Shown here piece by piece: positions 9,226 through 17,295 of a stretch of DNA of 20,000 bases (positions within the stretch are counted from its first letter, which is position 1; every line of letters begins with the position of its first letter). A program made the position numbers and the translations under genes. The stretch comes from an uncultured virus (IMG/VR IMGVR_UViG_3300029305_011402). Taxonomy: Duplodnaviria > Heunggongvirae > Uroviricota > Caudoviricetes. A model generated the notes under the pieces. That model was not told where the DNA came from. It was given only the letters and a program-made list of their open reading frames with translations, and searched no databases. Where the stretch lies: IMG/VR virus record IMGVR_UViG_3300029305_011402; one strand, written 5' to 3'.

Positions 9226-9366
9226 TTCCCGTCCTTTTAAAGTTGAGCTTTTGTACTTAAAGCAAATTTTAAGTTTTTTTAATGAATAACACTAAAATTA
9301 CAAGTTTTTTAACAAAAACAATTTTGCAAGCAAAATTCAACCTACGGTTGTTTTGTAATTTTGTGT

Positions 9367-9588
9367 TTTTAGGCTTCGTCGCATTTAACCAAATGCCAAT
9401 GCCTTGCATTGTCGCTTGGTTCTCATTTGACGTAATATCGCTTCGCGATTTTAGGCTTCGTCGCATTTAACCAAATGCCAATGCCCTGCATTGTCGCTTG
9501 GTTCTCATTTGACGTAATATCGCTTCGCGATTTTAGGCTTCGTCGCATTTAACCAAATGCCAATGCCCTGCATTGTCGCTTGGTTCTC
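9367..9588. repeat. Tandem repeat, 82-bp unit x 2.7, rich in hairpins
   Basis: AGGCTTCGTCGC recurs at 9371, 9453 and 9535. Units are identical except one C/T in a hairpin loop. Confidence 0.92.
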
Positions 9589-9598
9589 TGCTCCTTGT

Positions 9599-9669
<71 letters not shown>

Positions 9670-9701
9670 AAACGCACTCGGCTTGCTTTATCGCTATGAT
9701 T

Positions 9702-10895
9702 TTATTCAGTTACTACCGTTGCAAATGGGTTTGTAACTGTGCTAGAAATTCCGCTTATTTTTGCTTGACCATTTGGTTTATCGCAAATTAAATCTGCATA
9801 TTTAACAAGCGTTGCGCTATAAGTTGGGAATCCCATATTTTGACGAATAACTCTACCGTCTTCGCCTTCTAACCATTTCCAGTCGCAAAGTTGATGAAGT
9901 GTAAAGTCGTCAGTGTTTAATAAATACATTGTGTCGTCCGCAACAAATCTGTCAGCAACAAGAGGAATACCGTTGTATGATATTGCCTTGTAACCGCCAT
10001 CTAAAATTGCAACGTCAATGTTTCTTCTGTATGCGCCCAAATATTCTTGGTATGCACGTCTTACTGCACTTGAGCAAGCAATATAGTTGATGTTTGAGCC
10101 AGAAACTTCTTCTAAGAAGTCAACTGCACTTTGAATTAAGCCGTCACTAATTTCGCCAGCACTTGTTTTGATATATGGAGCAAGCCATGGGAAGTCTGCT
10201 CTTGTTAAACCATAAAGTTTGGCAGAATCTGAGAAGATTTTTCCAAGACCTATAATTTCGTGGTCTTTTGAATTTTGAACATAAATTTTATCGCCAACTG
10301 CAAAAGTTACTGCTGTTTCTGTGTAGATTTTTTTGTTTACTCTATCTACATATTTAATTCTTACACCGCTTTTTGCTTCTACTTTTGTGCCGCTTGCGTA
10401 AACGTCAATAACCATACCTTCTATAAGGTTTTTAACAGTGTCGCAAACTGTTGCACCGTCTGCGGTTGCAGTTGTAACGGTTGCAAGTAAACCAGAGCCA
10501 TCACCAAAAAGCATACGTCCAAAGTTGAAAGAAGATGCTTTGATTAAGCCTTCCATTTCGTCATTTAACAAGTTTACAAATGCACCTGCGTTGTTTTCTG
10601 ATGCTCTTATTGCTTTGTCAGAAAGTTCAATTTTGCCATAAAGGTTTTTAAGTTCTGAAACAAATTGAACATAGTTGTTGCCTGCGGCTTTTGGAAGAGC
10701 ATCCGTTTCAGCCCCAGCCCCAATACCACCATTAATTCCGTAAGGAGCTAGCTTTCTAACTTCTTTGCCCCAAACGTCTTTTGTTGATTGTTTAATTTTT
10801 CCTAGTAATGGATTTGCATTGATATTTAATTGGTTTGCAACAACACCCAAATACACGGTTTTTAATGCGCTTTCTGCGCTTGATAGTGTTACCAT
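9702..10895 (-). CDS. Phage-type major capsid protein (probable HK97 fold)
   Basis: 397 aa; KNLYGKIELSDKAIRAS..GAFVNLLNDEMEG, ISYNGIPLVADRF, YLLNTDDF and YADLICDKPNGQAKISGI resemble capsid-protein motifs; directly downstream of the scaffold. Confidence 0.85.
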   Translation of the reverse strand: MVTLSSAESALKTVYLGVVANQLNINANPLLGKIKQSTKDVWGKEVRKLAPYGINGGIGAGAETDALPKAAGNNYVQFVSELKNLYGKIELSDKAIRASENNAGAFVNLLNDEMEGLIKASSFNFGRMLFGDGSGLLATVTTATADGATVCDTVKNLIEGMVIDVYASGTKVEAKSGVRIKYVDRVNKKIYTETAVTFAVGDKIYVQNSKDHEIIGLGKIFSDSAKLYGLTRADFPWLAPYIKTSAGEISDGLIQSAVDFLEEVSGSNINYIACSSAVRRAYQEYLGAYRRNIDVAILDGGYKAISYNGIPLVADRFVADDTMYLLNTDDFTLHQLCDWKWLEGEDGRVIRQNMGFPTYSATLVKYADLICDKPNGQAKISGISSTVTNPFATVVTE

Positions 10896-10899
10896 ATTT

Positions 10900-11571
10900 T
10901 TATCCTTTTAAGTTAAATAATTTCTCAACCATTTTTTTAGCGTCTTGCATAGTTGTTGGCGGAGTTTGTTTAACCACCGCAACACTCCCCTGACTGCCAA
11001 TTATGGTTGGAGTTTTTGTTTTTTGTACATTCTTAAAATATTCTTCTAACACTTGTTTTTTTACTTCTTCACGATTCAAAATTTTTTCTGTTATGAAGTT
11101 TTGATCGTTTGCCAAAGTATCGGGCTCGCGATAATTTTTTTGCATTACTCTAGCCCAAGCAAGTTCCAAGGCGTTGGGAGATTTTTGCAAATCTGGGTCC
11201 ATTAAAATTTCGTTTGCAATATCTCCTGAATATTTTTGTGCCTCGGCATTGTTTGATAAAAAACTAGAAACATTGTCCTGCCACGATTCTTGCAAGTAAA
11301 TCGGCTCTGTTTGTTTTTTATCTATTTGGTTAAGTTGAGAATTTTTGTCTTCTAATTCTTTTGACATCTCACTCAACTTTTGACACTTTCTTGTAAACTC
11401 TGCCTGCAAATTGTTATAGGCAGAAAGCAAACTTTCAGCGTCTTTAAATTTTCCAAGGGAGCCATCAGAGTTTTCCAAAAGAGTACCCTCTATATTATCT
11501 TCAACAATTCCACTTTGTACATTTGGCAAAACTTCTTCTAGTTGTTCCCCTGATATTTTTTCTTCTTCCAT
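10900..11571 (-). CDS. Putative capsid scaffolding protein
   Basis: Acidic N-terminus, LGKFKDAESLLSAYNNLQAEFTRK motif typical of podovirus-type scaffolds, coiled coil; immediately upstream of the capsid gene. Confidence 0.7.
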   Translation of the reverse strand: MEEEKISGEQLEEVLPNVQSGIVEDNIEGTLLENSDGSLGKFKDAESLLSAYNNLQAEFTRKCQKLSEMSKELEDKNSQLNQIDKKQTEPIYLQESWQDNVSSFLSNNAEAQKYSGDIANEILMDPDLQKSPNALELAWARVMQKNYREPDTLANDQNFITEKILNREEVKKQVLEEYFKNVQKTKTPTIIGSQGSVAVVKQTPPTTMQDAKKMVEKLFNLKG

Positions 11572-11619
11572 TTTGTTCTCCTTTTTGTTATTACTTATTG
11601 TTTTTTTGTATTACTTTTT

Positions 11620-11894
11620 TAATGAAAAATGAATAATTAAAAACGAATAATTAATGACATATTTTAAATAATTATTAAAAAATTAATTATAAATCACCCC
11701 AAAATTGTGTTAAAAAATATTTGCAAAACCCTGTTTTACAAATATTTACATTTTAAATTATTAAATATTATTTTTACCTTTATTTTAAAGGGAATATATT
11801 TATTTTAATTATTGTTTAATTATTTTTAATTAAATTGTTTTATTATTTTTTAATTAATAAATTATCCACCATTATTCACTATTCATTATTAATT
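11620..11894. repeat. AT-rich intergenic element bounded by inverted AATGAAT/ATTCA(C/T)T heptamer tracts, with internal inverted repeats
   Basis: AATGAAAAATGAATAATT at ~11621; ATTATCCACCATTATTCACTATTCATTATTAATT at 11861-11894; internal AAATATTTGCAAAA-CCCTG-TTTTACAAATATTT. Confidence 0.55.
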
Positions 11895-11914
11895 AAAAAT
11901 TACTGCAGTAATTT

Positions 11915-12253
11915 TTATGAATTATAGTCATATGGTATTTTATTCTTGCGTTCACCTTTTAAGTTTGTTATATATCCATTTTCAACCTTGCACCACCAGT
12001 CTGGGTTGTGATTTGGTATTGCATCTAATATCCACTCATCTGGACATTTGCCATCTTCTACAAATTCTAAATCTTCTAGTTTAATACCGCAGTAGTAATA
12101 CCAATCAAAATCATCACCTGTTTCAAATATACAGTAAAATTCATTATTCCTAATTTCCGCCTGCATAATTGTTCCTATCATCCCCGCATAAACATTGCAG
12201 TCTTTATAACATTTCCTATCTTTTAAAACTTTCACCTTGTCTAAATATTTCAT
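11915..12253 (-). CDS. Putative immunity protein, paralogue 3 (DUF4926-like SH3-type N-terminus)
   Basis: MKYLDKVKV...GMIGTI...FYCIF; ~79% identical to paralogue 2 (24/112 differences by hand count). Confidence 0.65.
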   Translation of the reverse strand: MKYLDKVKVLKDRKCYKDCNVYAGMIGTIMQAEIRNNEFYCIFETGDDFDWYYYCGIKLEDLEFVEDGKCPDEWILDAIPNHNPDWWCKVENGYITNLKGERKNKIPYDYNS

Positions 12254-12266
12254 TTATAAATCCTTT

Positions 12267-12605
12267 TTACGAATTATAATCATACGGTATTTTGTTTTTT
12301 CGCTCGCCTTTTAAATTTGTTATATAACCATTTTCGACTTTGCACCACCAGTCTTTATTCTTATTTGGTATAGCATCTAAAATCCATTCATCTGGACAAT
12401 TCCCATCTTCTACAAATTCTAAATCATTAATATAAATTGGGCATTCAAAATACCAATCATAGTCATCTCCAGATTCAAAGATACAATAAAATGAATTATC
12501 TCTTATTTCCGCCTCAAAAATAGTACCTATCATTCCTTTATAGATGTTATTTTCATTATATTCTTTTCGGTCGTTTATCACTTTTACTTTATCAAAATAT
12601 TTCAT
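12267..12605 (-). CDS. Putative immunity protein, paralogue 2 (DUF4926-like)
   Basis: MKYFDKVKV...KGMIGTI...FYCIF; the C-terminal 26 aa are identical in all three paralogues. Confidence 0.65.
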   Translation of the reverse strand: MKYFDKVKVINDRKEYNENNIYKGMIGTIFEAEIRDNSFYCIFESGDDYDWYFECPIYINDLEFVEDGNCPDEWILDAIPNKNKDWWCKVENGYITNLKGERKNKIPYDYNS

Positions 12606-12643
12606 TTTGCCTTATCTCCTATTAATGTGTTACATTTGAGTTT
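12602..12643 (-). pseudogene. Relic of a toxin C-terminus (KLKCNTLIGDKAK*)
   Basis: 22 nt at 12616-12637 are identical to 13020-13041 (toxin 3' end); its TGA overlaps the ATG of paralogue 2. Confidence 0.75.
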
Positions 12644-12667
12644 TCACCTTTAATTGCCATAAAGTTT

Positions 12668-13012
12668 TTACGAATTATAATCATATGGTATTTTATTTTT
12701 TCTCTCGCCTTTTAAATTTGTTATATAACCATTTTCGACTTTGCACCAAATATTTTGATGTTCTTTTGGTAAATCTTTTAATATTTGCTCATCTGTAGCA
12801 TTGCCGTCTTCTACTGTTTCAATATCTCCAACATCCATATATGTATAATGATCTTCTTTATCTTCAAAATATCTGTGTGAAAATATTACAAAAAATTTAT
12901 TATTAAAACAAATTGCAGGCTCAGTCAGCATTCCAACCATACCCTTGCAAATTCCCAATTCTAAATATTCTTCTTTATCATTAATTACTTTAACCATATC
13001 TAGATATTTCAT
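12668..13012 (-). CDS. Putative cognate immunity protein, paralogue 1 (DUF4926-like)
   Basis: ATGA overlap with the toxin stop; MKYLDMVKVIND...LGICKGMVGML...FFVIF. Confidence 0.65.
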   Translation of the reverse strand: MKYLDMVKVINDKEEYLELGICKGMVGMLTEPAICFNNKFFVIFSHRYFEDKEDHYTYMDVGDIETVEDGNATDEQILKDLPKEHQNIWCKVENGYITNLKGERKNKIPYDYNS

Positions 13013-13650
13013 TTTAATCCTCCTATTAATGTGTTACATTTCAATTTCCCATTAGAAAATATTGTCCAGCCCGTTTTTAATCTATAAATCTTTCCAAAGT
13101 CCTCATGCTTTCCAGGAAAATTTAAAACAAGACCAATTTTGTAACCCGTATTATTATGTTCTCTAAAGTTATAATTACCTTTTGAGTACTCCATTTTACA
13201 CAACTTTTTAATAATTTCTAATGCTTCATAAAACTCTTCATTTGAGTAATAACCCATACTGTTTAATGTGTGCCCTTTATCTTTTAACATCCATTGTATT
13301 TTCCCATCTGGAATAATCAATTCAATATCTTCTGCGGTTGGTATCTTGATACCCTTTTCATAACAATGACAATGTGGGTGATAAATGCCGTCATCTTTTT
13401 TTAGGATAATTTTAATATACTTGTTTGTATCAGAATAGTCAAATTTTTCAGGCTTTTTGCCTTCTTCATTTTTAAACCAACATTTATTTACAGTAACACA
13501 TTTCCAACAATGAGGTTTTGTGATTTCCTCATTAACACCATCTTTATAACTAAAATCATCAATAACAAATTCGCTCAAGTCGTCATTAATTTGTATCCAT
13601 TCGGAAAGTTTGCCAACAACCTTTCCAAAAACCTTATCAAACACACTCAT
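13009..13650 (-). CDS. MuF-motif polymorphic toxin with a DUF6883-like C-terminal (putative nuclease) domain
   Basis: CWKC...HPHCHC matches the MuF Cys/His motif (CxxC...HPxCxC). The C-terminal IPDGKI..KGHTLNSMGY..GYKIGLVLNFPG..LKTGWTI..KLKCNT resembles DUF6883. Sits directly after the portal, the canonical MuF position. Start is 13650 or 13665. Confidence 0.65.
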   Translation of the reverse strand: MSVFDKVFGKVVGKLSEWIQINDDLSEFVIDDFSYKDGVNEEITKPHCWKCVTVNKCWFKNEEGKKPEKFDYSDTNKYIKIILKKDDGIYHPHCHCYEKGIKIPTAEDIELIIPDGKIQWMLKDKGHTLNSMGYYSNEEFYEALEIIKKLCKMEYSKGNYNFREHNNTGYKIGLVLNFPGKHEDFGKIYRLKTGWTIFSNGKLKCNTLIGGLK

Positions 13651-13651
13651 A

Positions 13652-15523
13652 TTACTCACCAACATTTTGCGACTGCAAATTTAAACTTTTAAATTGTTTG
13701 TGTAACCTTATGTGTTCAAGCATTTTATCTTCTATTTGTTTTGTACAATTTTTTTCGTAGTCGCCACCAAGCATAAAGGCAATATGTTCGTTTATGTGAA
13801 TGTCGTGGTCGTCAATTTCTTTAACTTCAACCAGTTGTCCGTGCATAAATTTTGAGTTTTCGCAAGATGCCTTTTTTTGGTGTAATTCCAAAATGTCTTG
13901 AGCATTTTCCCAAACGCCAAAGCCGAGTAGTTCAAGCGCCTTAATTCTCATACGGTTTGATAGTTTTCCGTCTTGGTCATGCAAAAGCCCTGCCTTTAAC
14001 AAATCAAAAACCATACTTCGTCTTTGTGCAAGCGACTCGTTTAGTTCGGTATCTGTTTCAAAGGCAACTTCATCACTGGTTATGTCAGATGAACAAAAAT
14101 ATTCAAGTTCCAACTCGCCGTGGTCGCCAACAATTTTTAAAAGTCTTGGCTGGGTTGCAAACTGTTTGTAAAGCCTTAAAATATGCCTTGCAACCATTTT
14201 TATTGCAAACTTAATTTGGTCGCTTGTAACCGAAAGCCTTGCTTGGTCTTGTTCAATCAAAAGTTGCATGGCTATACCGGAAATGTTTGTTCTTGCAAGG
14301 TTGGTGTTTAAAATATCACTCACACCGCTTATTGTTTTAAACTCGGCTAGTAGTTTTTCTTCTTCTACATCAAAGTCTGCTGGGACATTTGTGTTGCCCA
14401 TATAACTTGGTGCAGACGAGCCTTGCCTATACACCAAAATTTTGCCTGGCGATAAACCCTCTTCTTCCAAATTTTCAACATCAACTGAGCCGTCTTCAAC
14501 GGTTAACACGCCCATAGAAAGACGATTTATATATTCGTGTTTTCTATTTTTTATTGCATTGTATGCCCTTTGAACAGGAATAATTCTTTCAATTATGCTA
14601 CTGCCCCAAAAACATCCACTTTGTTCCAAACAAACTTGTCTAACAAATGGAAATGTTCTATCGTCATTGCTACCGTTGTCGTATGGCAATTCGCCGTCAT
14701 ACAAAAGTTGGTCGCCGGCAACAATGGTGAGCCTGCCGTTTGGATGTTTTTCGCTTGCTCTTTCGTATCTTTCAATAACTACGGCGTAACCACTTTTGAC
14801 TGTGTTGACAACTTTTGTTGCTTGAGCTTTATACCCAAGCCCGCCGAGGCCGTCAGTTTTGTTGTCTAGCGAAAACACATTAACATCACCACCGGCAACT
14901 TTTTTGCCCCAGAGTGCTTCAATTTCGTCAACATGATATGCCTTTGCGTGAATAATTGACTTGCAATCTTCTAGCCCAGCGCAACAAGAACTTTCTGGAT
15001 AAATTTCAAATGGCGAACAAATGCTAATGCACACATCACCCATTTTTAACTTTTTGCCGGTTTGGTCTTTTGCAAACGTTTGTCCCTTTTGGTTGTCCCA
15101 AGTAATTTTGTAAAACACCGTACCTGTTGTTTCGCTCCACTTTGTTGCGTCTGAAATGAGTTTTGACATATCTTCTTTGTTATAAATTGAATTAATAATT
15201 TTTTTACTTAATTTTGCAGTTTTTACATCCGATTCATCACCGCTTGCTGGCACAACTGTCATTGTTGGTCTTACTGTTTTTAACTTTGCAAGTCGGGTTT
15301 CGGTTATGGTTGCAATATGGTTAAACACTTCCCTTTCTTGCCAAAAAAATTGTTTGTCAAATTCTTCAATATCGTTGTTATAACCCACACTGCAATATTG
15401 ATTGCCCATTAAAAAATTCATATTTAATTGCCATAGGGCATCAAATGGTTTTCTTTCTTCACTTCTTTTTTTAAAGTCCTGTTGGACATCATTTATTAAT
15501 TGTTGTTCTTCTAATTTTTTCAC
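13652..15523 (-). CDS. Phage portal protein (large, P22/podovirus-type)
   Basis: 623 aa; FNHIATI...RP...VP...D...AKL, SPFEIYP, FWGSSIIERIIPVQRAYN, ISGVSD and NISGIAM motifs; GTG start with AAAGGAG RBS. Confidence 0.85.
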   Translation of the reverse strand: MKKLEEQQLINDVQQDFKKRSEERKPFDALWQLNMNFLMGNQYCSVGYNNDIEEFDKQFFWQEREVFNHIATITETRLAKLKTVRPTMTVVPASGDESDVKTAKLSKKIINSIYNKEDMSKLISDATKWSETTGTVFYKITWDNQKGQTFAKDQTGKKLKMGDVCISICSPFEIYPESSCCAGLEDCKSIIHAKAYHVDEIEALWGKKVAGGDVNVFSLDNKTDGLGGLGYKAQATKVVNTVKSGYAVVIERYERASEKHPNGRLTIVAGDQLLYDGELPYDNGSNDDRTFPFVRQVCLEQSGCFWGSSIIERIIPVQRAYNAIKNRKHEYINRLSMGVLTVEDGSVDVENLEEEGLSPGKILVYRQGSSAPSYMGNTNVPADFDVEEEKLLAEFKTISGVSDILNTNLARTNISGIAMQLLIEQDQARLSVTSDQIKFAIKMVARHILRLYKQFATQPRLLKIVGDHGELELEYFCSSDITSDEVAFETDTELNESLAQRRSMVFDLLKAGLLHDQDGKLSNRMRIKALELLGFGVWENAQDILELHQKKASCENSKFMHGQLVEVKEIDDHDIHINEHIAFMLGGDYEKNCTKQIEDKMLEHIRLHKQFKSLNLQSQNVGE

Positions 15524-15570
15524 TTTTTCTCCTTTATTATTAAATGGTGTTTATGCTTGCTTAGTAATTT

Positions 15571-15756
<186 letters not shown>

Positions 15757-15765
15757 TAAAAACCA

Positions 15766-15975
15766 CTAACTCAACTTCTTCACTTTCTTATACGGTGCTT
15801 CCACCCCTTTGGGCACAATAACTCTTGCCACGCATTCGTAAATTTTTTTAACGCACTCATCACAAAGGTTTAGCCTTTTGTTTTTGTCGTTTGGCTCTGC
15901 AAGACAAGTGCTAGCCAAATTTTTACAAACCGGAAAATCGCACTTGATTTTGTTTGCAATTTTAGTTATCTCCAT
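15766..15975 (-). CDS. Small Cys4 zinc-binding protein
   Basis: CDFPVC...LCDEC; overlaps the upstream gene by 14 nt. Confidence 0.6.
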   Translation of the reverse strand: MEITKIANKIKCDFPVCKNLASTCLAEPNDKNKRLNLCDECVKKIYECVARVIVPKGVEAPYKKVKKLS

Positions 15976-16321
15976 TTTCGTTTTCTTCCCCCTTTATTTC
16001 AACAAAGATATCTTTATCGGTCAGCTCTTGATATTCCTTAAAAAGTTTGATGGCAACTTGGTCCATTTCTTCATCAGTTAGATTCGAGTAATCTGTTTGA
16101 CTGTTATTAGCATCAACTTCCAGCAAAAACTTTGCCGCCGATATATCCGCAGGCACATAAAATTTTGAAACCTTGCGCTTTAACAACACATCTTTGCCAG
16201 CCTTTTCATCATGAGCAAATTCTTCTACTACTTCTTTGGTGGTGTAACCAGTTGCTTTTTTTTGCACCGCCAATAAAACTTTTTTTATAATGTCGCTGTC
16301 AATTGTTTGGTTGCTTTTCAC
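15962..16321 (-). CDS. Terminase small subunit-like protein (no N-terminal HTH)
   Basis: AVQKKATGYTTKEVVEE...KRKVSKFYVPADISAAKFLL resembles the AL.KRA.GY...E...K.V.PD..A..F.L motif of Firmicute phage TerS-like proteins; GTG at 16321 with AGGAGG RBS; first gene of the operon. Confidence 0.55.
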   Translation of the reverse strand: MKSNQTIDSDIIKKVLLAVQKKATGYTTKEVVEEFAHDEKAGKDVLLKRKVSKFYVPADISAAKFLLEVDANNSQTDYSNLTDEEMDQVAIKLFKEYQELTDKDIFVEIKGEENENGDN

Positions 16322-16347
16322 ATTGTTCCCTCCTGCTTTCGCAACAA

Positions 16348-16375
16348 AGAATAGCACGGCAAAAAATATTTTCAA
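16348..16375 (-). promoter_or_regulatory. Putative sigma-A promoter of the phage-like operon
   Basis: TTGAAA-16 nt-TATTCT with an extended -10 TG, 27 nt upstream of the GTG start. Confidence 0.5.
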
Positions 16376-16448
16376 TTAACCCTTGCCACTTTTTTTAAAA
16401 AATTTTAAATTGTTCAAAATTTTATTATCTAAAAATACACATAATTAT

Positions 16449-16477
16449 TTGACCGAAAAATTAAATAATGCTAAAAT
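16449..16477 (+). promoter_or_regulatory. Sigma-A promoter
   Basis: TTGACC-17 nt-TAAAAT with an extended -10 TG; AAGGAG RBS at 16489-16494. Confidence 0.7.
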
Positions 16478-16500
16478 TTAAATATATAAAGGAGATTTAT

Positions 16501-17295
16501 ATGGATTTATCAATAAAGAATTCTGATGTTTTACCAGAAATATTTATGCTTTCTAGCCAATATTTTGACGGAATGCTAACCGATTTGCGTGAATTTTATA
16601 ACAAAGTTATGCAAGATGCCGATCTTGGTCAAAAATTGATCAATTTTTTCTTGAAATATAACAACTATATCGCTGGCAACTATGCTTTGGTAAAAAATCC
16701 TGTTTCTGACATTTGCGTATCGCTAAAAGCCTTTGGTGACAAACTTGGCGCAGTTGGTGGCGAAACTTTTGCAAAAGTAAAAGAAAACACTGACGCAGTT
16801 GTTGCTGCTGCTGGCACATTTTTTGAGTTTGTTTCAAACTTTGTTGTAAACTCAAAAATGCTTGTAAAAAACAACAACAAAACTCTTGAATACAACAAAG
16901 CAAATTTTGACAATTTGTATGGCTCAGTTTATGGCTTTTTAACAACCCTAACAAATTGTTTTAAAGAACTTGCAACTTATTCTTATCACCTTTATGGCGA
17001 TGCAAAATTTGTTTTGGCAGAAAGGTTTGAAGGCATGTCAAACGGCCTTATCAATTTTATTAAAGCAGTAAAAACAAAATATTGTGCTTCAATTGCAAAC
17101 TTTGTTGTTGGTGCAAAAGTTATGTACTTCAATTTTGCTCAGTTTGGTTATGTTCAACAACCTTATACTGATATATATGTAATTGACCCAAACGGCAATT
17201 TTGATGTTCAAAACGCTGGCGTTTGCATTGACAACATTTTGACTGATTTTGAAGCTGCAAAACTCCAAGCAAAAAAAGCATTAGGCATTGAATAA
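16501..17295 (+). CDS. Hypothetical protein (264 aa, largely helical)
   Basis: Long ORF with promoter and RBS; stop overlaps the next ATG; no recognised motif. Confidence 0.75.
   Translation: MDLSIKNSDVLPEIFMLSSQYFDGMLTDLREFYNKVMQDADLGQKLINFFLKYNNYIAGNYALVKNPVSDICVSLKAFGDKLGAVGGETFAKVKENTDAVVAAAGTFFEFVSNFVVNSKMLVKNNNKTLEYNKANFDNLYGSVYGFLTTLTNCFKELATYSYHLYGDAKFVLAERFEGMSNGLINFIKAVKTKYCASIANFVVGAKVMYFNFAQFGYVQQPYTDIYVIDPNGNFDVQNAGVCIDNILTDFEAAKLQAKKALGIE

Noticed and set aside
9269..9470. ORFs 9269-9466 (-) and 9282-9470 (+)
   Set aside because: They run into the tandem repeat and lack a clear RBS or motif; probably spurious.
9367..9588. Possible CRISPR array
   Set aside because: The whole 82-bp unit is repeated with no unique spacers, and there are no cas genes in the window.
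11915..13012. Diversity-generating retroelement template/variable repeats
   Set aside because: Differences in the shared 3' ends are synonymous and not adenine-specific, and no reverse transcriptase is present.
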